Positions 1 through 9,536 of a DNA stretch of 64,000 nt are shown in pieces. Source of the stretch: Spirochaetales bacterium (GTDB lineage Bacteria > Spirochaetota > Spirochaetia > JABEVK01); NCBI GenBank assembly GCA_027451945.1, contig DAIDHT010000035.1, positions 2,380 through 66,379 of the forward strand. Direction: 5' to 3'. The notes under the pieces are model-generated. The model ran no database searches, was not told where the DNA came from, and saw only the letters and a program-made list of their open reading frames with translations. Every line of letters starts with the position of its first letter. Position 1 is the stretch's first letter. A program made the translations under genes and the position numbers.

Positions 1-1470
1 GGCTTAGTCGACTCTATCCACCAACAATACAAAAGTTTGAAGCACATCGCGGTGATGATTAACGATGATGTTCAAGGAACTGTCACTCAGGTCAACGATT
101 ATTTAAAACAAATTGCCAAACTCAATGTCCAAATCGAAAAGGTTCAGGCTCAAGGGGATCATCCGAACGATTTACTAGACCGTCGGGACTTATTGGTAGG
201 CAAACTTGCCGAACTCGTACCGATTACCACCGTTAACAAAAGAGATCCTCGAGAGTTCCAAATTCACATGGGCGGTATTCACCTAGTTCAAGGAAAAATT
301 GTTAGTCCCTTAGAAACGGTCGGAGACCCTACCAATGAAGGCTACTGGAAAATTATCCGCCCCGATACGAAAGAAACTGTCAACATTCCCGGGGGAAAAT
401 TAGGGGCCTTAATCGAGCTCCGCGATAAGGATACCCGAGGCCAGATTCAACGATTAGATGAAATGACCGCAAACTTCGCAGATTTGGTTAATGAGGTGCA
501 CCGCGAAGGCTATGGTCTTGCCGGGACAACTGGTCAAGATTTTTTTGTTCAACAGCCAATGGTTTTGAACCGGGATGGTAGTTATGACCGAAAAGGTACA
601 GGCGTCTTTGACTCAACATATATTTTTCGAATCAACGGCGATCATAAATTAAACCCTCAAGCTTTGATTGGACTTGCAGGGCAGCTTACTCTTCCCGGAC
701 CCAATGGCTTGGTAAAAATCGCCTATCACCCCGCGGATACCGTTCAAGATGTGATTAACCGAATTAACGACTCTGGACTAGAAATTTCGGCTCGCTTAGA
801 CCGCGATGGCCAGCTCTCCTTTAAAGCTGTTCCTAGCGCCAACCCCGAAAATCCTGATTTTGTGATCCGCCATATCGAAGACTCCGGTCAATTCTTGGTG
901 GGGTACGCCGGGGTCTTGGCGGCCTCAGGGCCTCAAGGAGCCTTTGATTGGAATAACCCCCAAGCGGTTTCGGTCTTAGCGGGTGGTACGGGAGTTCCTA
1001 CAGGAACGAACCCTACAGGTAAAGGGGCAACCTTTGCCGTGGCCCCGTTAACTCATCCCGCCGCGTGGATTTCGATCAACAAAAGTCTTGTCGCTGACCC
1101 GGGAAAAATCGCGGCTGGCCTGGGGAGTAACGGTCAAAGTGCAGGAGGCGGTGATGGCTCGGCGGCCTTAGCGATCGCACAAATTCGCAATACCGTCGTC
1201 ATGATCGGTCAGGCCAGAACGTTCGGCGATTATTTTGAAGAGACTGTCGCGGATATTGGCTTAAAAGGTCAAACCGCGCAGATCAGTATGGAAACGCAAC
1301 AAGACATTATGAAAAACCTTCGTGATACCAGAGACTCGATTTCTGGAGTCAACATTGACGAGGAGATGTCCAATCTTCTTAAGTTTCAACACGGTTACCA
1401 GGCCTCGGCCCGCTTTATCAGTACCTGGAACGATATGCTCGATACGATTATTCGGCATATGGGGGTGTAA
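1..1470 (+). CDS. flgK: flagellar hook-associated protein 1 FlgK (5' end cut by window edge)
   Basis: Frame 1 is open from base 1 (the ORF-track entry 37..1470 is the same frame). The C-terminus LLKFQHGYQASARFISTWNDMLDTII is the conserved flagellin-like terminal helix. It is directly followed by flgL-fliW-csrA. Confidence 0.85.
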   Translation, partial: GLVDSIHQQYKSLKHIAVMINDDVQGTVTQVNDYLKQIAKLNVQIEKVQAQGDHPNDLLDRRDLLVGKLAELVPITTVNKRDPREFQIHMGGIHLVQGKIVSPLETVGDPTNEGYWKIIRPDTKETVNIPGGKLGALIELRDKDTRGQIQRLDEMTANFADLVNEVHREGYGLAGTTGQDFFVQQPMVLNRDGSYDRKGTGVFDSTYIFRINGDHKLNPQALIGLAGQLTLPGPNGLVKIAYHPADTVQDVINRINDSGLEISARLDRDGQLSFKAVPSANPENPDFVIRHIEDSGQFLVGYAGVLAASGPQGAFDWNNPQAVSVLAGGTGVPTGTNPTGKGATFAVAPLTHPAAWISINKSLVADPGKIAAGLGSNGQSAGGGDGSAALAIAQIRNTVVMIGQARTFGDYFEETVADIGLKGQTAQISMETQQDIMKNLRDTRDSISGVNIDEEMSNLLKFQHGYQASARFISTWNDMLDTIIRHMGV

Positions 1471-1473
1471 GAG

Positions 1474-2724
1474 ATGCAACGTATCAGTTCGAATATGACC
1501 ATGAATGACATGGATTGGTCTTTACGAAACCAAGAAGTTCGTATGGCTAAAGTTCAAAACGAGATGGGCACTCAAGAAAAGTTTACCCAGCTCAGAGATG
1601 ACCCTATTGCCGCGGCTGAGTCTACCCGCTTGCAGTCGTGGAAATACCGACTAGACAAATTTGAGCAAAACGCTTCTCAACTGCAAACTAATCTTAGATT
1701 TACTGAAAGTTCTATTCAACGCGCTCAGAGCATTCTTCAACGTCTTAACGAGCTGGCGGTGCAAGGCGCCAATGGTACCTATACACAGTCAGACTTGAGT
1801 GAGATGGGTGTAGAAACCAATGAGCTTCTTAATGAGCTGGTATCCTTGGCCAATTCTAAAGGCCCCGATGGACAGCCAGTCTTTGGCGGAGAAATGATCG
1901 ACGGAAGTCCCTGGCGGGTGTTGAAAGGTCGGGTTCCTGGTTCCGAGGGTCAAGTCATAACTCAAGTGGACTATATTGGGACGATTGGTCAAAAGCAGAC
2001 CGAAATATCGGATAATACTTTTATTAAAGCAAACTTTCCTGGCAATGCCGTTTTCTGGGCAGATAATCAAAGAGTGTATTCTCAGGTGGATTCACAAAAT
2101 TTCACAGTTCCTTCCGATACCACCATTATGATTGATGGTAAGTCGATAGCACTCAAGGCCGGCGATAGTGTTCAAGCGATTATCGCCAAAATCAACAATG
2201 CGCCTGTCGCAGTAAAAGCTAGTCTTGACCCGGTAAGCAATGGTTTGGTTCTTGAGACAACGCAACCGCACCAGCTGTTTCTTCAAGATGGTCCTGGTGG
2301 AAATACCCTTCAGGCCCTGGGAGTTATTACCAACAGCATGGGCCAAAAGCCACCCCTGAATTACAACCAGGATGCGAAAGTTTTTGGCGGTTCGCTTTTT
2401 GATGCGGTGATTCGACTAAGGGACAACATGCTTAAAGGCAATAATCAGTTTTTAGGAGGGCAAGGTTTGGCTAGTATTCATGCTAGTTTGAGCAACTTAC
2501 AAACAACTCTGGCGGAGCTCGGTGCTCGTGATGAACGTTTAACTGAAACCGAAAAGACGTTAAAAGATGAAATTCCCAAAGTCGTTGAAATGAATTCGAA
2601 TTTGGTTGATCTTGACGTTACCGATGGGATCACCAAGCTGAAAATGCTTGAACTGACGCACGACGCAACGTTGCGCGCGGCTGGAAGTATTTATCCTAGA
2701 ACCTTAATGGATTTTCTCAGATGA
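1474..2724 (+). CDS. flgL: flagellar hook-associated protein 3 FlgL
   Basis: N-terminus MQRISSNM...LRDDPIAAAE is a flagellin-type N-terminal helix. A GGGGTG Shine-Dalgarno precedes the ATG. Position between flgK and fliW fits. Confidence 0.8.
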   Translation: MQRISSNMTMNDMDWSLRNQEVRMAKVQNEMGTQEKFTQLRDDPIAAAESTRLQSWKYRLDKFEQNASQLQTNLRFTESSIQRAQSILQRLNELAVQGANGTYTQSDLSEMGVETNELLNELVSLANSKGPDGQPVFGGEMIDGSPWRVLKGRVPGSEGQVITQVDYIGTIGQKQTEISDNTFIKANFPGNAVFWADNQRVYSQVDSQNFTVPSDTTIMIDGKSIALKAGDSVQAIIAKINNAPVAVKASLDPVSNGLVLETTQPHQLFLQDGPGGNTLQALGVITNSMGQKPPLNYNQDAKVFGGSLFDAVIRLRDNMLKGNNQFLGGQGLASIHASLSNLQTTLAELGARDERLTETEKTLKDEIPKVVEMNSNLVDLDVTDGITKLKMLELTHDATLRAAGSIYPRTLMDFLR

Positions 2725-3164
2725 GCAGATTGATACAAAGCAAAGCCTATGGCTCGGTCGTTGTCGATGACCTTCAAATTCTCGAATTTCCCGAAGGCCT
2801 GTTGGGTTTCGAAGACTATAAAACCTTTGCGCTTCTTGACGCGCATAAAAAACCGTTCTTTTGGCTTCAGTCCTTGGATGATACCCAAATCGCCTTTATT
2901 TTGATTAAACCATCGATTTTTCGGGACGACTATAACCCCGGTATTACTATCGAGGATTTATCAACAATTGGTGTGGAACAAATGGACGACTGCCTGGTTT
3001 TTGCGATCGTGACCATTCCCGATTCAGGTCCGATGACGGCAAACCTTCAGGGCCCCCTGTATATCAACCGCAAAAATCGTCAAGGAAAACAGTGCGTTAG
3101 CCCCTTGGATGAATACCGTACAAAGCACGATATCCTCGAAGAAATGGCAGCGCGGAGGGAATGA
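2721..3164 (+). CDS. fliW: flagellar assembly factor FliW
   Basis: 147 aa. FPEGLLGFEDYKTFALLD...WLQSLDD is typical FliW. The start shares an ATGA overlap with the flgL stop. Confidence 0.9.
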   Translation: MSRLIQSKAYGSVVVDDLQILEFPEGLLGFEDYKTFALLDAHKKPFFWLQSLDDTQIAFILIKPSIFRDDYNPGITIEDLSTIGVEQMDDCLVFAIVTIPDSGPMTANLQGPLYINRKNRQGKQCVSPLDEYRTKHDILEEMAARRE

Positions 3165-3165
3165 C

Positions 3166-3408
3166 ATGTTAATTCTTACGCGCAAGAAAGACGATTGCAT
3201 CATGATCGGGGACGATATTGAACTTTGGATTGTTGACATCCGGGGCGATACCGTTAAGCTAGGGGTAAAAGCTCCCAAGGATGTCAAAGTCTATCGCCAC
3301 GAAGTCTTTCGTGAAATTCAAAAGGCTAACCGCGAGGCTGTGGCGTCACCTGTGGATCTGCCAGAACTCGGGGCCGATTTAACACAAAAGGGTTCTGACG
3401 AGGTATAG
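3166..3408 (+). CDS. csrA: carbon storage regulator CsrA (FliW-partnered type with C-terminal extension)
   Basis: MLILTRKKDDCIMIGDDIELWIVDIRGDTVKLGVKAPKDVKVYRHEV. The ATG at 3166 lies 1 nt after the fliW stop; the longer ORF-track start at 3109 lies inside fliW. Confidence 0.92.
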   Translation: MLILTRKKDDCIMIGDDIELWIVDIRGDTVKLGVKAPKDVKVYRHEVFREIQKANREAVASPVDLPELGADLTQKGSDEV

Positions 3409-4463
3409 TCACCCGTAAGGGCCCAAGCGCGCGCCCGGCTCCCTCCCGAGCAAGTTTCCAGAAAGGAACAGGTTGCACAGGGGCCGGTCAGTGTGCTTAA
3501 GTTTCGTAGTTGACGAAAATCGGGATGGTTCTGGTAGATATCAGCTAAGGGAGTTTCGCGAATACTTCCGCAATCAAGCGGTAGAAAGCCGCTTGGCATA
3601 ACTTTTCCCTGAAAATCGATAAAGCAAAAACCGTTTCCCGCATTCACAGGGCGACTCGAGAGACTGACCCGACCATGACCTGAGGCGGCACCGCCATGTT
3701 CTTGTTGAAAGCGTCGAAAGTGTTGTGCTTCAGTGACTTTGACCGTAATTCCCGTTTCACGGGCAAAACGATGAATTTGGTCAAATAGCTGTTCGAATTG
3801 CCAAGCCGTGCAACTGGTTAACTCGGCTCCCCGTCCCGTCGGGACAAGAAAAAAGATTTCCCAGAAGGTTGTACCCCAACCTCGAACCTTTTCGGCTAGG
3901 GCGTCAAATCGATCGGCATTCCAGGACCCAAAAACCGTATTAATCTGCAAGGGAACGCCGGCCTCGTGAATCCAACTAACAGCTTCTTCGACTTTGCGAA
4001 AGGTTCCTTCAACCCCGCGAAACTCGTCATGTTCTTTTGCTGTTGCGCCGTCTAAGCTTAAGGCCAGTTGGTGAACTCCTGCGTCTTTTAATGAAAAGAT
4101 GCGTTCACGGGTTAGTCGAGGGGTCGCTGCCGGGATGGTTGCGACAATCAAACCTCGTTCGCGACCGTGACGGATTAAGTCTTCCAAATCAGGTCGCTGG
4201 AGGGGATCCCCTCCCGTAAATACTAACAAGGGCGTTCCCATCGCCGCCACCTCGTCAATAAGGGCTTTCCCTTCGTCGAGGGTTAACTCAAGAGGTGACC
4301 TGAGATTTTCAGCACTGGCGCGGCAGTGGCGGCAGGCAAGTTCACACGAACGAGTGACTTCCCAAATAGTGAGAAGAGGGGCTTCATCGTAATTCACGGC
4401 TTTCACAGTGCCTGATTTTATCGCGACGGTGAGCAAGCGTCCAGCATCTTGTCCGAGTCCCAC
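3318..4463 (-). CDS. radical SAM / SPASM-domain protein of unknown substrate
   Basis: CELACRHC (CxxxCxxC) lies near the N-terminus. The C-terminal Cys cluster CATCSFLETCSGGSRARA...EPFC is SPASM-like. GTG start. The 3' end overlaps the csrA 3' end by 91 bp. Confidence 0.8.
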   Translation of the reverse strand: MGLGQDAGRLLTVAIKSGTVKAVNYDEAPLLTIWEVTRSCELACRHCRASAENLRSPLELTLDEGKALIDEVAAMGTPLLVFTGGDPLQRPDLEDLIRHGRERGLIVATIPAATPRLTRERIFSLKDAGVHQLALSLDGATAKEHDEFRGVEGTFRKVEEAVSWIHEAGVPLQINTVFGSWNADRFDALAEKVRGWGTTFWEIFFLVPTGRGAELTSCTAWQFEQLFDQIHRFARETGITVKVTEAQHFRRFQQEHGGAASGHGRVSLSSRPVNAGNGFCFIDFQGKVMPSGFLPLDCGSIRETPLADIYQNHPDFRQLRNLSTLTGPCATCSFLETCSGGSRARAWALTGDYTSSEPFCVKSAPSSGRSTGDATASRLAF

Positions 4464-4478
4464 TTCAACGAGTAGGTT
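4449..4478 (+). promoter_or_regulatory. sigma70-like promoter TTGTCC-N18-TAGGTT, ending 6 nt before the tex ATG (leaderless candidate)
   Basis: Hexamers read directly at 4449-4454 and 4473-4478. No Shine-Dalgarno of normal spacing lies before ATG 4485. Confidence 0.35.
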
Positions 4479-4484
4479 AAGGGC

Positions 4485-6596
4485 ATGACTAACGACGAAA
4501 TGATAAAGATAGTGGCTCAGCGCACGGGGCTCGCAGAACGTGGCGTTTCAGCAGTTTTAAAAATGTTAGAAGAGGGAGCGACGGTGCCCTTTATGGCCCG
4601 GTACCGAAAAGAAGTCACCGGTAATTTCGACGAAGTACAAATTCGGTTGGTTCGTGATACCTTTGCTCAGGTTCAAGATTTAGAAAAACGCCGCCAATCG
4701 ATTGTAAACTCGCTTGAGGAGTCGGGACAAGGAACGCAGGAGCTTCTGGACCTCGTCAAAAAGGCTTCGACCTTAACAGAGCTTGAAGATTTGTATTTGC
4801 CTTACCGGCCCAAACGAAGAACACGCGCCTCAATGGCGCTAGAAAAAGGGCTTGCTCCGGTAGCAGACCTCTTAGCACAAAACAGGGAACCGCCCGTCGA
4901 GGTTTTGACCGCCTTGGTGAATCCCGAACTCGGCGTGAACAGCCTCGAAGAAGCCCTGACTGGGGGACAAGATATTTGGGCAGAACGCTTTAGTGAAACC
5001 CCACGGGTGCGGCAGAAACTCCGAGAAGCCTTGTCTCAGTCAGAATTCGAAATCAAAGCTACGAAAAAGCTACGACCTGACGGAGAGTTCCGTGATTTGG
5101 CAGGAAGAACCGAACGGTGGAAGACGATTCCCGGTCACCGCCTTTTGGCACTTTTACGGGCTCAAGACGCCGGAGAAATCTCATGGAAGCTTGACTTACC
5201 CGAGACGTTAGTCCGTCGAGAAGGGGTTGCTACGTTGGGGTTTTCAGCACCTTGTCCCTCGGTGCAGACGGCGATGGCCGATGCTTGGTCAAGGTTGTTA
5301 CGACCATCGCTTGAAAATGAATTGGTTAAAGAGGCAAAACAGCGCGCTGACCTTGAAGCTGTGGGCATCTTTTCTAAAAATTTGGCCGAAATCCTTTTAG
5401 CGGCTCCTTTAGGACCTCAACCGGTTCTCGCCTTAGACCCTGGAATTCGGACAGGTTGCAAGGTGGCGGTCTTATCGGCGCAAGGGGAACTGTTGGATTA
5501 CACAGTGATTTATCCCCTAGCGGAAATGGGGCGACAAAAGGAGGCTCGGCAAGACCTGCTAACACGAGTGCAAAAATTTGCGGTCAAAGCCATAGCCGTA
5601 GGGAATGGAACTGCTGGCCGGGAAACCTTAGATTTTTGCCGGGATTTAGGTTTGGCTATCCCCGTCGTCTCTGTCTCTGAAAGCGGGGCTTCCGTCTACA
5701 GTGCCAGTGAGCTGGCTCGTGAGGAGTTACCAAATTGTGACGTAACTGTCCGTGGCGCTGTTTCGATCGGGAGACGACTCATTGATCCCTTGGCGGAGCT
5801 GGTTAAAGTGGATCCTGCCGCATTGGGAGTTGGCCAATATCAACACGATATAGACCAAAAACTCTTGCACCAACATTTGGAAGACACGGTGATTAGCTGT
5901 GTTAACCGGGTTGGCGTCGATGTGAATACGGCATCAAAAGCGCTACTAACCTATGTCTCTGGCTTGAATGCACGCTTGGCTGGGGCGGTGGTCGAATCTC
6001 GTGCCAAAAAAGGAGCGTTTCGGTCACGCCAAGAGCTCTTGCAGATCAAAGGCTGGGGACCAAAGGTCTTTGAGCAAGCAGCGGCGTTTTTGAGGGTTCG
6101 TGGAGGAGTTCACCCTTTAGATGCCAGTGCTGTGCATCCCGAAAGCTACCCTTTGGCGGAATGTATCGCCCAAGTGTTGGGGGTGGGGCTTGCTGATCTG
6201 GCAGGAAATGCTGAGCTTACGGCAAAGGTTTCGTATTCTGACCGCGACTGGGGTGTCGATCAGTTGACCTTTTCAGATGTGGTAGCGGAATTAGCGCGAC
6301 CAGGGCAAGACCCACGACAAGATTTTGAAGCTGTGGCTTTTGATCCTACGGTACGAACGGTTGAAGACCTTAAAGAAGGTATGGTTTTGAATGGTCTAGT
6401 TACCAACGTAACGGCGTTTGGGGCCTTTGTTGATGTGGGTGTGCACCAAGATGGTTTGGTGCATGTCAGTCAAATCGCCAACACCTTTGTTCGTGATCCT
6501 CTCGATTTCGTTAAACCAGGACAGAAGGTACGCGTTTTGGTGTTGTCGGTAGATCCTCAGCGTCAAAGGATTAGCTTAACCCTGAGGATACCCTAA
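4485..6596 (+). CDS. tex: Tex-like transcription accessory protein (YqgF/HhH/S1 domains)
   Basis: 703 aa. N-terminal PFMARYRKEVTG. C-terminal S1 domain GAFVDVGVHQDGLVHVSQIA. Confidence 0.9.
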   Translation: MTNDEMIKIVAQRTGLAERGVSAVLKMLEEGATVPFMARYRKEVTGNFDEVQIRLVRDTFAQVQDLEKRRQSIVNSLEESGQGTQELLDLVKKASTLTELEDLYLPYRPKRRTRASMALEKGLAPVADLLAQNREPPVEVLTALVNPELGVNSLEEALTGGQDIWAERFSETPRVRQKLREALSQSEFEIKATKKLRPDGEFRDLAGRTERWKTIPGHRLLALLRAQDAGEISWKLDLPETLVRREGVATLGFSAPCPSVQTAMADAWSRLLRPSLENELVKEAKQRADLEAVGIFSKNLAEILLAAPLGPQPVLALDPGIRTGCKVAVLSAQGELLDYTVIYPLAEMGRQKEARQDLLTRVQKFAVKAIAVGNGTAGRETLDFCRDLGLAIPVVSVSESGASVYSASELAREELPNCDVTVRGAVSIGRRLIDPLAELVKVDPAALGVGQYQHDIDQKLLHQHLEDTVISCVNRVGVDVNTASKALLTYVSGLNARLAGAVVESRAKKGAFRSRQELLQIKGWGPKVFEQAAAFLRVRGGVHPLDASAVHPESYPLAECIAQVLGVGLADLAGNAELTAKVSYSDRDWGVDQLTFSDVVAELARPGQDPRQDFEAVAFDPTVRTVEDLKEGMVLNGLVTNVTAFGAFVDVGVHQDGLVHVSQIANTFVRDPLDFVKPGQKVRVLVLSVDPQRQRISLTLRIP

Positions 6597-6616
6597 GTGA
6601 GGATGCCCAAAGGCGC

Positions 6617-8314
6617 TTAATTTCCTTTGCGCGTCCAGCTATCTTTGAGCGTGACAGTACGGTTAAACACCAACTTGCCACCGTCATACGATGGCGCATC
6701 CGGAACAAAATAGGCCTTGCGCATGAACTGGTAGGTCAGCCCTGGGCGAGCTTCTTTAAGGGAGGGCTCGGCCCAAGCCTGCTCGGTAACCAACGAAGCG
6801 GGATTCAAAAAATCTCGCCAGGTTTTATCGTCGGGCAAATCAGCAAGGTTTTCTCGGGTAAACAATTTGTCGTACAACCGGGTTTCGATGGCTACGGCGT
6901 CTTCAACACTAACCCATTGAATGGTTCCTTTTACTTTACGGCCATCGGGACTTTCGCCACCCCAACTTGCCGAGTCATGAGTACAATGAAGTTCTTTAAT
7001 TGAGCCATCGGGGTTGGTGATCACTTCGCGACAGGTAATGAAATACGCGCCTTTTAGACGAACCTCAGCACCTGGTGCAAGACGAAACCAGCCTTTAGGG
7101 GGCTGAAGCGAAAAGTCTTCTCCGTCAATCCAGATTTCTCGCCGAAAAGGAACTTCGCGGGTGCCTGCTTCGGGATCTTCGGGATTATTCTCGATGACAG
7201 CAAATTCGGTTTTTCCTTCAGGATAATCCTCAACGATGACTTTAATCGCAGATGATACGACCATCACACGCCTGGCACTTTTGTTGAGTTCTTCTCGAAT
7301 AAAGAACTCAAGCATACTGAGGTCTACGCGCCCATCAGTTTTTGTGTAGCCAGTGGCTTCAGCAAACTTACGTAACGAAGAGGGCGTGAAGCCGCGCCGT
7401 CGTAAACCACTAAGTGTTGGCATACGGGGATCATTCCAACCATCCACATAGCCGGTTTTTACCAGTTCGAGAAGGTTGCGTTTCGACAGCATCGTATAGG
7501 TGATGGCTAGCTTGTTAAATTCAATCTGCTGGGGGTGATGAGCTTCAGAAAACTGATCAAGAAACCAATCATAGAGTGGTCGATGGTTTTCAAATTCTAA
7601 GGTGCACAAGGAATGCGTAATACCTTCTACGCTATCCTCCCAGCCGTGTGCCCAGTCATACATGGGATAGATAACCCATTTATCGCCCGTGCGGTGGTGG
7701 GGAGCTTTTTTGATCCGATAAAGGATAGGGTCACGAAGATTGATATTGGGGCTGGTCATGTCAATTTTTGCCCGCAGAACGCACGAGCCTTCTTCGAGTT
7801 CTCCAGCTGTCATCTGGCGAAACAGTTTGAGGTTTTCTTCGGGAGTACGACTGCGCCAGGGACTTTCAATGCCAGGAGCCGTGGGGGCTCCACGCATTTG
7901 CGAGATTTCTTCGGAAGTGCAGGAATCAACGTAGGCAAGACCTCGCTCGATCAAACGGAGCGCGGCATCATACATTTGTTGAAAATAATCGGAGGCATAA
8001 AGGACATCGAACGCTTCATGTCCAACCAGCCACCGAACGTCTTCGAGAATTGATTGGACATACTCATCTTCTTCTTTGGCAGGGTTGGTATCGTCAAACC
8101 TTAGGTTGCACCAGCCATGGTACTTGGCGGCAGTTCCGAAGTTGAGGGTGATGGACTTGGCATGACCTATATGCAGGTAGCCGTTGGGTTCCGGCGGAAA
8201 GCGGGTAACAACCTGACCGTGAAAACGTCCGCTTTGGTTGTCTTTGTCGATCAAATCGTGGATAAAGTTGGGGGTATCGAGAACCCAGGACTGGATCTTG
8301 CTCAGGTCCTTCAC
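6617..8314 (-). CDS. glnS: glutamine--tRNA ligase
   Basis: 565 aa. FPPEPNGYLHIGHAKS (HIGH motif), RFDDTNP and MLSKR (KMSKS-like). GTG start with AAGGAG 6 nt upstream. Confidence 0.92.
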   Translation of the reverse strand: MKDLSKIQSWVLDTPNFIHDLIDKDNQSGRFHGQVVTRFPPEPNGYLHIGHAKSITLNFGTAAKYHGWCNLRFDDTNPAKEEDEYVQSILEDVRWLVGHEAFDVLYASDYFQQMYDAALRLIERGLAYVDSCTSEEISQMRGAPTAPGIESPWRSRTPEENLKLFRQMTAGELEEGSCVLRAKIDMTSPNINLRDPILYRIKKAPHHRTGDKWVIYPMYDWAHGWEDSVEGITHSLCTLEFENHRPLYDWFLDQFSEAHHPQQIEFNKLAITYTMLSKRNLLELVKTGYVDGWNDPRMPTLSGLRRRGFTPSSLRKFAEATGYTKTDGRVDLSMLEFFIREELNKSARRVMVVSSAIKVIVEDYPEGKTEFAVIENNPEDPEAGTREVPFRREIWIDGEDFSLQPPKGWFRLAPGAEVRLKGAYFITCREVITNPDGSIKELHCTHDSASWGGESPDGRKVKGTIQWVSVEDAVAIETRLYDKLFTRENLADLPDDKTWRDFLNPASLVTEQAWAEPSLKEARPGLTYQFMRKAYFVPDAPSYDGGKLVFNRTVTLKDSWTRKGN

Positions 8315-8343
8315 AGTCGGCTCCTTAAATCAGGTGTGACAGA

Positions 8344-8373
8344 ATTGTAGCGTGACGGGGATAGGACCGTCCA
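8344..8373 (-). promoter_or_regulatory. candidate promoter TGGACG-N18-TACAAT for glnS
   Basis: Minus-strand hexamers at 8373-8368 and 8349-8344. This leaves a leader of about 23 nt containing the AAGGAG Shine-Dalgarno. Confidence 0.3.
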
Positions 8374-8390
8374 GTAGGGAGAATCTGAGA

Positions 8391-9272
8391 TTACCGAGCT
8401 GGTACCAGATTTCGCTGACGAAGAAAGTTCAAAGCGGTGTTAAGCCATAAGCTCGTTGTGTCAGGTGAAAGGGCCTCGCCGGTCAAAACATGGTAATCCT
8501 GGTCATGACTCGGAAGCAGTTCAACCACTTTGAGGTAGTCGGCCGGAAGCTGATTTAGGTACCGTAAAGCCGCGCGAGCCGAGGCCACCTTGTCTTGGGG
8601 TGAGATAAAGCTTAAGACAGGGGTTTGTAAATGCCGGGGCGAGGTCTGGCGAACTTTTCGCGCTAAAGCGAGAAGGGGTATCAGAGAATCGGTTCGATGC
8701 CGGCAATCCCAAATCTCGGCTTGAAGAGGATTTTGAGGGGGAAAGGACATCCAAGGCCCCAGAATTGCCTTTACCAGGTGTTTAAGAAGTGGTACTTCGA
8801 GAAGAAAGGCCCCGCTTTGCCTTGCGACAATAAGTGGGGAGGTAAGAATGAGCGCATCGACACCAAGACCTTCAAGAGCTGACCACAAAGCAAGGGTGGC
8901 GCCTGCCGAGGTACCGATCACGATCACCTTTTCGCCAAGGGCATGGCCGATCGCCAGAGCCTCCTCAAGGTCTTGTTTCCAGTCGAAAAGCTTTACGCCT
9001 CGGTGGGGGTCGTGAAGAAGACCGTGACCAGCTAAGCGCGTAAAAAATACCGGCGCTTGTAAGTTCTGCGCTAAGGTTTCGACCGTTGGAGAGATATCGC
9101 GACGCGTGCCACTGTAGCCATGAAAATAGACGAGAGCCAGGGGTGCACGCTGTGGTCCGCCGGTTGGCCAAAGAATACACTTTTCACAGCCAGGGCGAAC
9201 CACAAGTGGAGCTTCCCGTTCTTTGAGCCAAGTAGCCAGACCTTCAAGGGGTGGTAATGTCGGTTGGTTCAC
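8391..9272 (-). CDS. alpha/beta-fold hydrolase
   Basis: 293 aa. HGYSG oxyanion region and GTSAGA nucleophile elbow (GxSxG). GTG start with AAGGAG Shine-Dalgarno. Confidence 0.7.
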   Translation of the reverse strand: MNQPTLPPLEGLATWLKEREAPLVVRPGCEKCILWPTGGPQRAPLALVYFHGYSGTRRDISPTVETLAQNLQAPVFFTRLAGHGLLHDPHRGVKLFDWKQDLEEALAIGHALGEKVIVIGTSAGATLALWSALEGLGVDALILTSPLIVARQSGAFLLEVPLLKHLVKAILGPWMSFPPQNPLQAEIWDCRHRTDSLIPLLALARKVRQTSPRHLQTPVLSFISPQDKVASARAALRYLNQLPADYLKVVELLPSHDQDYHVLTGEALSPDTTSLWLNTALNFLRQRNLVPAR

Positions 9273-9331
9273 ACGGTTACTCCTTGATCAGCTTTGATCG
9301 ACAGGACCCTGAAAGCGGGGAACAGAAGTCT

Positions 9332-9360
9332 AAAAAAAAGCCCCGTTGGTCACGGGGCTT
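9332..9360 (-). terminator. rho-independent terminator (bidirectional hairpin)
   Basis: Stem GCCCCGT (9340-9346) / ACGGGGC (9352-9358), loop TGGTC. On the minus strand it is followed by 8 U (9339-9332). It lies 14 nt downstream of the small ORF stop. Confidence 0.7.
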
Positions 9361-9372
9361 TTAACGCGTTGC

Positions 9373-9510
9373 TTAAAGCTCAATTTTAGGGTTGAGCCCC
9401 GACGCTTTCATTTTACTCAAAGCCTTGACGGCTCGTTTGGTACGAAGTTCCAGCCTTTTGGCGGCCTTCATCCGGCGACGGGTTTTCGTCAATTTGGTTC
9501 TCGACCCCAT
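9373..9510 (-). CDS. unannotated small basic protein, 45 aa (MGSRTKLTKTRRRMKAAKRLELRTKRAVKALSKMKASGLNPKIEL)
   Basis: Below the ORF-track length cutoff. GGAGG lies 4 nt before the ATG. It has its own promoter-like element upstream and a strong terminator downstream. 16 of 45 residues are K or R. Confidence 0.5.
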   Translation of the reverse strand: MGSRTKLTKTRRRMKAAKRLELRTKRAVKALSKMKASGLNPKIEL

Positions 9511-9536
9511 ACATCCTCCGATATTTTAGACGCCAA

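Noticed and set aside
7613-8053. 146-aa plus-strand ORF inside glnS
   Set aside because: It is antisense to the GlnRS catalytic core, with no motifs or signals.
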